Made by a program: the position numbers and the translations under genes | IMG/VR virus record: IMGVR_UViG_3300020190_000004 | Direction: 5' to 3' (one strand) | DNA from: a virus | Lineage: Duplodnaviria; Caudoviricetes | Length of the DNA stretch: 64,000 nucleotides | Shown: piece after piece, positions 16,870 to 25,338 of the stretch | Numbering within the stretch: the first letter of the stretch is position 1 | Layout: every line of letters starts with the position of its first letter | Notes under the pieces: generated by a model | What the model was told of the DNA's origin: nothing | What the model saw: only the letters and a program-made list of their open reading frames with translations | The model's database searches: none

Positions 16870-18177
16870 TTATTTTTTGTATGCAAGTATTGAACGGATC
16901 TGATGTAGAGGGGCAAAGATTCCTGTGTACTTGTAGAGCTTTCCTTTGAAAACAAATGTAATACCTTCAGTAGGAACAATGCTTTCTAAACCACCAGCAG
17001 CTGCAACCCGGTTAAGTTCCACCTCCAATTTAGCAACATCTTTTTCGTCGCCGTTTGTTTTAACGGATGCAATTGTGCTGTCTATTTCTCGTCGCATTGC
17101 TGCGGCAGCATCAGTTGGATTAGCGCTTAAGAATGCACTAATGTTTTTCATCATTTCTGTACCAATCTCCAAGAATAGACTTTCAAGCGGAGCATAAACA
17201 GCTCTCTTTAATTCTTTTTCTTTTGACTTTTCTAAATCAGTATACCATGTAACAACTTCTGGCGCAAGATCCTTCTTCATCATTGCAGCGGTGTATGATT
17301 TATCAATACCAGCAATTCGTCGAGCAAGACCGTCTAAAAACTGCGGGGGTATAGCAATACCTGCAGATTTTGCTTCTTCTTCTAATATCTTCTTACCCAT
17401 CCCCAAAGCATAATCTCCAACCGTAGAAGACGGTGTTGATCCGCTTTCTTTCATGATAGTATCAAGCTTGCCGTTGTAGTAAGAAGCGCGCGCTTTGGTA
17501 TTTGGAAATGGCACCGATGCAATATCTTGTGGGCCACGAACGTAGAATTTCTTTTGAGCGGCAGCGTTTGCGTCAGCAATAAGTTTTCCTAAATCACGGC
17601 CAGCTTGTTTATCTTCACCTACTGCATTTCCACCTTCATCATGTTCAACTACTCCGTGAAAGACAAGCATGTCTTGACCGTAAGGAACGGTGTTTTGTGT
17701 AATAGGTGTAATCACTTCTACGCTAGCAAACTTCTTGCCTTCGTCAAAGAATTTCTTTTTGTCTGCATCGCTAAGAGCACCGATAGCACCAGAGAGATCC
17801 GCCATTGCAGCGTTGTACGCAGTTTCTATATCACCGCGGCCAGCAAAAAGAGCAGCAAGACCCGCAGAATCTAGAGCAGCTTCACCAGCGTTCTTTAAAT
17901 GAATCTTGTTTCTTGCGGCAATAAGTTTACCGTTTTTCCAGGAAATCATAATGTTTTGTCCGTCAGTCTTCTCCTGAACAAAGTTGTCAGGCGTAAAAGC
18001 ACCTTCAACGGTTGCATTAATCATTTCTCGCAGATCTCCCATCGTTAAACCCACGTCTTCAAATGGATGGCTAATGTGTCCATACGCGCCTCCTTCATTA
18101 AGAACACTCTCTAACACCCAAGAAGTGTTAAACGTGCGTTCCTCGTTTAGAAATTGTGTATATGACTTTAGACTCAT
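16870..18177 (-). CDS. Leader-tagged ligase/capping-type nucleotidyltransferase-like protein
   Basis: Starts MSLKSYTQFLNE...VLESVLNE; motif I VQEKTDGQN and motif IV/V PTEGITFVFKGKLYK. Confidence 0.55.
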   Translation of the reverse strand: MSLKSYTQFLNEERTFNTSWVLESVLNEGGAYGHISHPFEDVGLTMGDLREMINATVEGAFTPDNFVQEKTDGQNIMISWKNGKLIAARNKIHLKNAGEAALDSAGLAALFAGRGDIETAYNAAMADLSGAIGALSDADKKKFFDEGKKFASVEVITPITQNTVPYGQDMLVFHGVVEHDEGGNAVGEDKQAGRDLGKLIADANAAAQKKFYVRGPQDIASVPFPNTKARASYYNGKLDTIMKESGSTPSSTVGDYALGMGKKILEEEAKSAGIAIPPQFLDGLARRIAGIDKSYTAAMMKKDLAPEVVTWYTDLEKSKEKELKRAVYAPLESLFLEIGTEMMKNISAFLSANPTDAAAAMRREIDSTIASVKTNGDEKDVAKLEVELNRVAAAGGLESIVPTEGITFVFKGKLYKYTGIFAPLHQIRSILAYKK

Positions 18178-18178
18178 T

Positions 18179-18622
18179 TTAATAATCGCTATTTCCTAGA
18201 TACATAAACTCTTTTTCAAAATCACTGGAACTACGATACCCTCGATATTCACTAAGTTTTCTATCTATTAGTGACATAGGTTGTCCTACTAATTGTTCTA
18301 AAGCCCGAACCCAATGTCCACCTGGATAGCTAGAATCATCGGTGTTATCATTGGCAGACTCAGCATTTGCTGCTAGTGCAATACGTAAAAGTTCTTCTGT
18401 GTCAAGATTTTCTAATTCTTCTGCTATTGTTTTTTCAACTTTCTTAACATTAGCATCGGAAGATATCTTTCTGATATTGACACCGCTTTGTGAGTAACTT
18501 AAATCAGCAATTTCACTTAGAGTAAATTCCATCCAAGCAAAAGCTAAAATTGCTGCGTCTCCTCCTTCTGAGTAATCTGATAACTCGTTTAGGAAACTTT
18601 CAAATGTTTTTACGTGTTTCAT
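18179..18622 (-). CDS. Leader-tagged hypothetical protein
   Basis: True start inferred at MKHVKTFESFLNE (18622). Confidence 0.75.
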   Translation of the reverse strand: MKHVKTFESFLNELSDYSEGGDAAILAFAWMEFTLSEIADLSYSQSGVNIRKISSDANVKKVEKTIAEELENLDTEELLRIALAANAESANDNTDDSSYPGGHWVRALEQLVGQPMSLIDRKLSEYRGYRSSSDFEKEFMYLGNSDY

Positions 18623-18659
18623 AGTATTATAGTTCTTTAACTTCATTATGCTAAGATTT

Positions 18660-18881
18660 TTACTTTGAATCCAGTAGTGGTTTCACTGTGTTAACGAATG
18701 TTCTCAATGCAGACTGTGCAAGACGGTCATTGTAAATGAGTTTACCCAACTCAGTGTTTTTCATACCTGCCCACTCAGCAATTCCTGAAACAATAGAGTC
18801 TTCAATACCTTCTGGTGTATGGTCCAACTTACTGCCTTCGTTAGCGTTGGAAAAACTTTCAAATGAATGTATCGGTTTCAT
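18660..18881 (-). CDS. Leader-tagged hypothetical protein
   Basis: Starts MKPIHSFESFSNANE. Confidence 0.75.
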   Translation of the reverse strand: MKPIHSFESFSNANEGSKLDHTPEGIEDSIVSGIAEWAGMKNTELGKLIYNDRLAQSALRTFVNTVKPLLDSK

Positions 18882-18888
18882 ATTACTG

Positions 18889-19173
18889 TTATTTTTCTAC
18901 CATTGGTGTGCCATCGGGTTTTTTCCCAGTCATTAAGGCGTAAGCAATGATGTCGTAAGTTTCAAAACCCGGTCTTGGAGCTACTCCACCGTTATAGTCT
19001 TTTTCCCACTGCGCAAGAGATGTTTTATTCTCTGGATCAAATTTACCTTCTTCGTAATCTTTGATAGCATTCATAGCAAACATTGTATCCCAAGACTTGG
19101 GCTTTTGCATTTCATTTATAGGTCTGTCAACTTTTTGATTAGAAAAGCTTTCGAATGTGTGTAAGTGTTTCAT
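18889..19173 (-). CDS. Leader-tagged hypothetical protein
   Basis: Starts MKHLHTFESFSNQKVDRPINE. Confidence 0.75.
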   Translation of the reverse strand: MKHLHTFESFSNQKVDRPINEMQKPKSWDTMFAMNAIKDYEEGKFDPENKTSLAQWEKDYNGGVAPRPGFETYDIIAYALMTGKKPDGTPMVEK

Positions 19174-19176
19174 TTG

Positions 19177-19389
19177 TTAAAATGTATTTTCCATTATGAT
19201 AGTCTGAACAGCATCTTTAATTGCATTAATGTTGGCACCAGGTTTTAACATTCCTGAAGATTCCAACTTGTCAACAATTACCATTGCAAGTATCTTTGCG
19301 CCTGATGGTTTTTTATCGCCAGCAACTTGCACCATTGCTTCTTCAACTTTCTCGTTAGAGAAGTCTTCAAATGTTTTGATGCTTTTCAT
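19177..19389 (-). CDS. Leader-tagged hypothetical protein
   Basis: Starts MKSIKTFEDFSNEKVEE. Confidence 0.75.
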   Translation of the reverse strand: MKSIKTFEDFSNEKVEEAMVQVAGDKKPSGAKILAMVIVDKLESSGMLKPGANINAIKDAVQTIIMENTF

Positions 19390-19390
19390 A

Positions 19391-19723
19391 TTACTTAGTA
19401 AGATCTTTCATCTTGTCAGCAGCAGATCCGTCTAGATCAGCTACATCTTTAGAAGGCTCTTCCTTCTCTTTTTCTTCAGCTTTCTTTTCTTCTGCTTCTA
19501 CTTCTTTTTTAACAGAATCTTTCACGCCTTTTCCCTTCTCCCACTCCTTGGTGATTTCATTAAAGAATTCTTTCTTCTTTTCATCATCAAGTTCAGCAGG
19601 TGACTCAACACCAAACTTAGAAAGTTTTGCTTTAAAGTAATCTTGATAAGATTTTTGAAGCTCTGATGCTTCATTCATTTGAGCTTGACGTACTGCGTCT
19701 ACCCATTCGTTGAACTTTTTCAT
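19391..19723 (-). CDS. Charged small protein with a short leader variant (possible prohead core component)
   Basis: Starts MKKFNEW..QMNE; YQDYFKAKLSKFGVESPAELDDEKKKEFFN followed by an E/K-rich tail. Confidence 0.6.
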   Translation of the reverse strand: MKKFNEWVDAVRQAQMNEASELQKSYQDYFKAKLSKFGVESPAELDDEKKKEFFNEITKEWEKGKGVKDSVKKEVEAEEKKAEEKEKEEPSKDVADLDGSAADKMKDLTK

Positions 19724-19738
19724 TTTTTCTTATTTATT

Positions 19739-20122
19739 TTAAGTCATTCCATAGTGGTTCATCTGACCTCCGTAAAAATCATCGGTCATCTTGGTAATAT
19801 CTTTAACTATTTTGCTCTTGTCTTCACCAACTTCTTTAGCAAGTAGCTCAATAATATCACCGTCAATTCGCAATTTCTTATCAAGACAGTACACATATGT
19901 AGATATTGCCTTGTTAATGTTTGCGCGTTTTTCTCCGTCTTCTGAATCAACCGACTTGTAATACTTGTCAAGAAGTTGTCTTCTTAAAGTCTCAAGAGTT
20001 TCATCAGCAAAGTTTATAGTCGTCTTAATGATATGCTTGTTATCTGAACGAATGACTGTTCCAGCGTTAGTCAATCCTTTCTTTCCCTCAACAAGAAATT
20101 CAGAAAAAGTCAATATCCTCAT
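19739..20122 (-). CDS. Leader-tagged hypothetical protein (first gene of the array)
   Basis: Starts MRILTFSEFLVE. Confidence 0.75.
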   Translation of the reverse strand: MRILTFSEFLVEGKKGLTNAGTVIRSDNKHIIKTTINFADETLETLRRQLLDKYYKSVDSEDGEKRANINKAISTYVYCLDKKLRIDGDIIELLAKEVGEDKSKIVKDITKMTDDFYGGQMNHYGMT

Positions 20123-20145
20123 TTGTATACTTAAACTATTTGGTG

Positions 20146-20153
20146 TATATATC
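20146..20153 (-). promoter_or_regulatory. Putative late promoter GATATATA heading the leader-tagged array
   Basis: Exact motif 23 nt upstream of the ATG at 20122. Confidence 0.6.
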
Positions 20154-20170
20154 CTTTTCTGTTAGGCCGG

Positions 20171-21730
20171 TTAGAACTTAACCATGTACTTCTTATGAGG
20201 GAATCCTTGCTCGCGATAAATCCTTGCTCGTTCTTCACCGTGCTTTAATAAGTAGTTCTTGCTAGCCTTGGTTAAAGAAAAGTCATCAACGAAGTCAATG
20301 ATATTTACTCGGTCTTTACCATATTTAAGACGCATACCTCGTCCTATAGATTGACGAACAATCTTTTCACTCTTGTATGATTCTACAAAGAATACATTAT
20401 GAATGTTGTTTATGGAAATACCAGTGGAGAAAGTACCAAAAGATGCTACAAGTATCTTGTCTTCACCTTCCTCCATTCTTGCAATGTAATCTTCTCGTTG
20501 ATCAGGGGAGGTACTTCCGTCTACATAAAAGACGACTTTATCTTGTGTCTTTTCTCGTATGTAGTCGTATATTCTACGGCCGTAACCGTCCTTAACATTC
20601 TGAAAGAGAACAAGTGAGTTTTTAGTTGTCTTACAGATAAAATCGCAAACGAATAAGAATCTTGAACGATTCTCTACAACGATTCTCTTTTCGAGGTCAA
20701 GTAATTTGCCTCCGTCTATTTCAGATTTTCTACATCGGAGTTCTTCAAGCTTCTCACGAGCCTCTTCCTCAAGATAACTCATGCTTACGATCTTAACAAA
20801 GATCGGAGTTGCATAATTGTTAGAAGTTAAAAAGTTAGCACTAATGTTATTCACAAGAGGGCCTAGATAAGCTTGTATGGTTAAAGCTTCGGTACTACCA
20901 TTTTGCATAAGAGTACCAGATACGCCAAAAGCGTATCTTGCATTCATACAGTTTACAAGTATCTTTTTGATTGACGAGGCTTGCGTACCATGAGCTTCAT
21001 CAACGGCAACTACATCAATATCATCAAAGTACCCTTCTTCTCTCTTGACAAGAGTCTGATACGTGCCTATGCAGAAATCAACGTTTTGTTTGGTCTTATC
21101 AGTGCCGCCGTGAAGCATTTGTGTAAGATATCTCAACTTTTCGTTATTGTAAGTTTCAAAATCTTCAATGGTTTGAATGATTAAGTTTGTGTTAGGCACA
21201 ATCATCAAGAACTTTCCACTCTTCTTACGATCATACATATATGCAAATACCATAAAAATAATGAGTGTCTTGCCGGCTGATGTTGCAATTTCACTAATGC
21301 TTCTTCTGTACTTTAAGATAGGAATACATGCGTCAATTTGATAGTCACGTGGTTTAATCTTTGGGTGATCACTAAAGAAGTTATCTACCCACTCACGAAA
21401 ATCTTCTTCATCAAATTCATAATCAATTACTCGGTCCATGCCTTCAACGTTTAACTTAAAGCCGTACTTTTGGCAAGTTTCGTTGAGCTCATTCCATAAA
21501 CCTACTGGTATTCTTTGGTATTTATCAATAAACGAGATGTAACCATCCCATATTCGCTTTTTGACTAGCGGATGAAATCTCCAGTTAGATATTCTTTTCT
21601 TAAATGAGAATCTTATTTGATCCAGTTCAAGCTCGGAGTATTCTACTAACTGTAAGAAACGGTTGTCAGGTGTTATTCTTGCCTTCACTTCCATCGACAG
21701 TATTTTTAATGCTGCTATGGTATTTCTCAA
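20171..21730 (-). CDS. uvsW: UvsW-like SF2 DNA helicase
   Basis: PRDYQ, IATSAGKT (Walker A), VDEAH, QSIGRGMR. True start possibly 21694 (MEVKAR). Confidence 0.9.
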   Translation of the reverse strand: MRNTIAALKILSMEVKARITPDNRFLQLVEYSELELDQIRFSFKKRISNWRFHPLVKKRIWDGYISFIDKYQRIPVGLWNELNETCQKYGFKLNVEGMDRVIDYEFDEEDFREWVDNFFSDHPKIKPRDYQIDACIPILKYRRSISEIATSAGKTLIIFMVFAYMYDRKKSGKFLMIVPNTNLIIQTIEDFETYNNEKLRYLTQMLHGGTDKTKQNVDFCIGTYQTLVKREEGYFDDIDVVAVDEAHGTQASSIKKILVNCMNARYAFGVSGTLMQNGSTEALTIQAYLGPLVNNISANFLTSNNYATPIFVKIVSMSYLEEEAREKLEELRCRKSEIDGGKLLDLEKRIVVENRSRFLFVCDFICKTTKNSLVLFQNVKDGYGRRIYDYIREKTQDKVVFYVDGSTSPDQREDYIARMEEGEDKILVASFGTFSTGISINNIHNVFFVESYKSEKIVRQSIGRGMRLKYGKDRVNIIDFVDDFSLTKASKNYLLKHGEERARIYREQGFPHKKYMVKF

Positions 21731-22484
21731 TGATTTGTTTAACGTCCCATTTTCTATGAAAGTCGCTTAATATGTCAAGAAATTCTTCTTTCTTTTTAAT
21801 CATTTCATCTTTTTCTAATAGTACTTCTTGTACTCCAAGAGGGTGAGATATCCACAATTCAGCGTGATGCACCTTTTTCTTATATATTTCTTCAAAACTG
21901 ATAGTGTACGCGGCTAACTGCAACAAGTACTTATGAACAGTCTCATCATCTTTAATTGCGTTAGCACTCTTAAAGTCTGTAATAGTTAATAAGTTTGACA
22001 GGTTCAGAAAACCAAAGTCGGTTGTTCCTGCGAATTTATTCTTAAGAGAATATAAAAACTGTTCAGTAAACAGGACTCTTCTTACGCGGCTAAGATACCC
22101 TTCATACAATAAGTTATAGAACAAGTCTCGCCCTTGCTTGATGCTGTCTTCGGACAAACCTTGGCGCATCAAGTCAATTGGCGTTTTCTTTTGAGTATAC
22201 AACAAGCAATCATCTGGAGTTTTACCTTGCTTCATGCAGATAAAATAATTCTCTAGAAACTGGTGCATAGCAGTTCCACGTCTTGCCGCCTTTTCTCCAA
22301 TCTTAGCAAGTTCTTCTTTTCCAATTTCTCCTTCAAGTTTCTTTAGTTTCGCTGAACCTACTGAACCCAAAACAGTTGTGACAGAAGGCATCAAAACAAA
22401 TCCCCCTTTTTGAAAAGTTGCGTTCTTATCATATGTGTATATGTAAAAACGACCATCCGGTGTATCAAGTCTGCTTAAACTCAT
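21666..22484 (-). CDS. PD-(D/E)XK phage exonuclease
   Basis: PSVTTVLG, RGTAMH, FAGTTD, ITDFKSA, LQLAAY. Confidence 0.85.
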   Translation of the reverse strand: MSLSRLDTPDGRFYIYTYDKNATFQKGGFVLMPSVTTVLGSVGSAKLKKLEGEIGKEELAKIGEKAARRGTAMHQFLENYFICMKQGKTPDDCLLYTQKKTPIDLMRQGLSEDSIKQGRDLFYNLLYEGYLSRVRRVLFTEQFLYSLKNKFAGTTDFGFLNLSNLLTITDFKSANAIKDDETVHKYLLQLAAYTISFEEIYKKKVHHAELWISHPLGVQEVLLEKDEMIKKKEEFLDILSDFHRKWDVKQIIEKYHSSIKNTVDGSEGKNNT

Positions 22485-22948
22485 CCTCTTCTGTATTCTT
22501 CAAGACTCATTCGATGTTTTATACCAAAGCATAAAGTATCTATGGTTCTTACGGTTTCTCTAAAATAATCTAGGTGATTTTGCAATAGCTCTCGTCTTTC
22601 AACGATATCAGCTAGATCAACGTTTATTAAATCATTCTTAGGATCTTTGTCCAAACGAATGTCATGGTGCCGCGTGTAGTGATCATACCGTTCAACGCGA
22701 CGTTCACGGTAGATTCTATTTATCTTTGTAAGATGTGTCATCAAAGTGTGCGTGTATTCTACGGCAATTTGACGGCTGGAATAAATTTCAGTCATAAGAT
22801 CGCTTAAGTGATGTATGTCTTTCATACGATTTGACATATCAGTAACTCTGTCCATCCAGTCTTCACGTTCTTTGCGAAATCTTGCAACGATAACTTCGTT
22901 GCTGTTAGAAGAGCTTTGCTGTGCCGGTATTTCCACGCTGTTTTCCAT
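22481..22948 (-). CDS. UvsY-like recombination mediator
   Basis: Helical 155-aa protein next to UvsW; C-terminal LDYFRETVRTIDTLCFGIKHRMSLEEY pattern. Confidence 0.55.
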   Translation of the reverse strand: MENSVEIPAQQSSSNSNEVIVARFRKEREDWMDRVTDMSNRMKDIHHLSDLMTEIYSSRQIAVEYTHTLMTHLTKINRIYRERRVERYDHYTRHHDIRLDKDPKNDLINVDLADIVERRELLQNHLDYFRETVRTIDTLCFGIKHRMSLEEYRRG

Positions 22949-23090
22949 TTCTTACGATAGTTTCAAGTTTCTTTTTTCTAAGAGGAGTCCCAATCTCTAT
23001 AGTTACATTTGGTATTTCCTGTTTTATATCAAATCTAATTAACCCTCTTAGTTTTTCAAATTCACAAAGACCTATTTCATCAGATGTCAT
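22905..23090 (-). CDS. Possible small hypothetical protein
   Basis: Fills the primase-uvsY gap but overlaps both neighbours; no recognisable motifs. Confidence 0.25.
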   Translation of the reverse strand: MTSDEIGLCEFEKLRGLIRFDIKQEIPNVTIEIGTPLRKKKLETIVRNGKQRGNTGTAKLF

Positions 23091-24198
23091 AAATATCATA
23101 GCGATTATTTGAAAAGTAATTTCCCAATCTGGGCGGTCTTATACCTTTTCTCTTGCAGTAAACCAAGAAATCGGTTAAGTCCATTTTATTTATAGTTTGT
23201 ATACCTGTGTCAGTAAGTAGTTTTCTCCATAAGAAAACGGGAGTACCTTTTTGTAATTTTTCCATAGCAGCTGTCTTACCAGCTTTATCACAGTCATACA
23301 TATATCGCAAAGTCCCAAGCTCGATAGGGAAATCTATGTTTGATGAACAAGTTGCTGCAGCGTTCTTAAACAAGAATGAATCTAGCGGACCTTCGAAGAC
23401 AGTGACTGGTTTTGAAAAATCTAATGTTAAGATTCCAAATACCGTCGATATGTCGTCGATCTCATGAACTTCTTCAGGGACTTCTAAATTAAAGTCTTCA
23501 TATATCTTAGAGAGTTTCCAAGTCATATACTTGGGTTGATACTTAAAGTTTCTTATTTGATATCCTAACACTTTTGTTGTATTAGGAATTAAATGAAATA
23601 TGTAGAGCTGTTGTTTTTCTTCGCACCAAGAAAACTTAGTCATATCAGGTTGTAACCTCTTTTGCAGATATATGTATATCTTACTGCGGTCAAGTGGGAC
23701 TAACTTATACTTTTTCTCGATATCTTCTCTTTCAATAGCATACTTAACAAGATTTGTGTGGTCAAGAAATACCATTGGGTCTACGTTGCGAATCATTGCC
23801 GGTGCGTTCTTTTGTAATTCCTTAGCTAGAACTATCTCATCAGCTGAAACTTCAACCTTAAAGTCTCTTAAGAAGCCCAAGATACTGCGATACTTACCAC
23901 AGTTATAGCACTTAAAGTAAAACCCTTTATCTGTATAGATGTTTCCGCGTTTCTTATGAACGTCATGATAAGAATCTCCACAATAAGGGCAAGCAAAATT
24001 TAATCGCCCGTGTTTAGGGTCGATAGTCCGCTTTTCATAATGGTCAAAACGGTTGTTTAAGATGTTCTGTAGAGACATCTTGACTTTCTGCCCAAGCTCA
24101 TCAGTCGTAACTGTTTTGCTTTTATCAGAAAAAGAAAACGAGAGGTTATCCCTCTCGTTTTCATTAGTGCCCGTATTAGAGGGATGCGTATAACTCAT
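23080..24198 (-). CDS. DNA primase (T4 gp61-like: Zn-binding plus TOPRIM)
   Basis: FACPYCGDS..FKCYNCG zinc ribbon; VFEGPLDS and YMYDCDKAG TOPRIM motifs. Start uncertain. Confidence 0.88.
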   Translation of the reverse strand: MSYTHPSNTGTNENERDNLSFSFSDKSKTVTTDELGQKVKMSLQNILNNRFDHYEKRTIDPKHGRLNFACPYCGDSYHDVHKKRGNIYTDKGFYFKCYNCGKYRSILGFLRDFKVEVSADEIVLAKELQKNAPAMIRNVDPMVFLDHTNLVKYAIEREDIEKKYKLVPLDRSKIYIYLQKRLQPDMTKFSWCEEKQQLYIFHLIPNTTKVLGYQIRNFKYQPKYMTWKLSKIYEDFNLEVPEEVHEIDDISTVFGILTLDFSKPVTVFEGPLDSFLFKNAAATCSSNIDFPIELGTLRYMYDCDKAGKTAAMEKLQKGTPVFLWRKLLTDTGIQTINKMDLTDFLVYCKRKGIRPPRLGNYFSNNRYDIYDI

Positions 24199-25114
24199 CG
24201 TCAAAGCTTGAATCATTAAAGTCATCCATGTTTAACCCACCAATTTCTGATGATAGGTCAGGGAGAGGAGATTCAGCTTTCTGTGGAGCAACTGCAGTTT
24301 CTTCAGTTACGGAAGAAACCGGAGCAGGAGCTGCCTTACGGTTAGTCTCTTCGATTTTTCCTACCATTCTTCCACCAGGGACAGTATTGGTAATTACACC
24401 GTTGACGAAGTCTTGCGTAAGTTGATCCCATTCTTGGTAGTCATAAGAGTCAAGATTAGGAGAAGTCTCCAAGAAAGCTTTAATTTTTGTTAAATCTTCT
24501 GGAGTTTTTTGCATTTGATCTCCGTCGATTGTGATTGGAAGTTTTTCATCCAAGAAACGGCAGTTATCATAGTTATTAAAGCCTGCTACCATTGTGACAT
24601 GAACAAAGAATGGCTTTCCTTCGAACAAGTCAAAGGGAATATGTGGCTTTCCAAATTCAGGTTTCATTTCAGCCTGCAGCTTGTTATAGATTTTTGTGCC
24701 AAAAGGCCATGCCATGATTTTTCCTACATTTTCAGGTGCGTTATCGTCCTTGATGATTTGCACAAGAGAGGCAAAACGTTGACGACGGGAAAAGTTTTCG
24801 GATAGTTTCTGTTCAGCAACGCTGTCAGATTTCTTAAACTTCCAAAATAAATCTTGTAGGACAGATTTTTGGCCGATTGTTGATGGGCAGTCAACCATCT
24901 TTGATTCGTTAGTGGCAGTGTTTGTTAACCAGCAAGACCACTTTTTCATTACAGACTTTTTAACGTCTTTGTGCCAAGGTAAGAAGCGCACAACTGCTTT
25001 ATAGATACCATCTTTACCGGACTTAGCCTCTGGTTTAAAGATGTTGCTTGATTTTTTCTCCGGTTCTTTAAAGTCATCGAGAGAAAGATTGAAGATGTCA
25101 TTTAGATTTTCCAT
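24176..25114 (-). CDS. Single-stranded DNA-binding protein (T4 gp32-like)
   Basis: AVVRFLPW, GKIMAWPFGTKIY, FNNYDNCRF; acidic tail DDFNDSSFDDELYASL; adjacent to the primase. Confidence 0.85.
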   Translation of the reverse strand: MENLNDIFNLSLDDFKEPEKKSSNIFKPEAKSGKDGIYKAVVRFLPWHKDVKKSVMKKWSCWLTNTATNESKMVDCPSTIGQKSVLQDLFWKFKKSDSVAEQKLSENFSRRQRFASLVQIIKDDNAPENVGKIMAWPFGTKIYNKLQAEMKPEFGKPHIPFDLFEGKPFFVHVTMVAGFNNYDNCRFLDEKLPITIDGDQMQKTPEDLTKIKAFLETSPNLDSYDYQEWDQLTQDFVNGVITNTVPGGRMVGKIEETNRKAAPAPVSSVTEETAVAPQKAESPLPDLSSEIGGLNMDDFNDSSFDDELYASL

Positions 25115-25338
25115 TTTTCTTTTAGGTTTTTAAGTTATTCTTTAATTATATGAGGTACTTTAACTGAGTTATGACTTTGTAAAAACGATCTTTAGTTTAA
25201 CATTAGTTCTTTTCAGCTTTACTTTGTGTTAACTTGTACCAAAGTTTACACTTATCTTTAGGTTCTGTTAGTATTATTAGTATCAGTATATTTATTCATT
25301 AACCATTAAATAGTTCTTGCATATTCTTATACATTTTT

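Noticed and set aside
2291-20122. Integron-like cassette array (attC sites)
   Set aside because: No palindromic attC-like elements or integrase seen; most genes abut or overlap, and the repeated unit is protein-coding.
2291-20122. Leader as a secretion signal or a pure translation-initiation enhancer
   Set aside because: It has no hydrophobic core, so it is not Sec/Tat. Untagged genes in the same late units show it is not needed for translation, and synonymous variation points to peptide-level selection. Not fully excluded.
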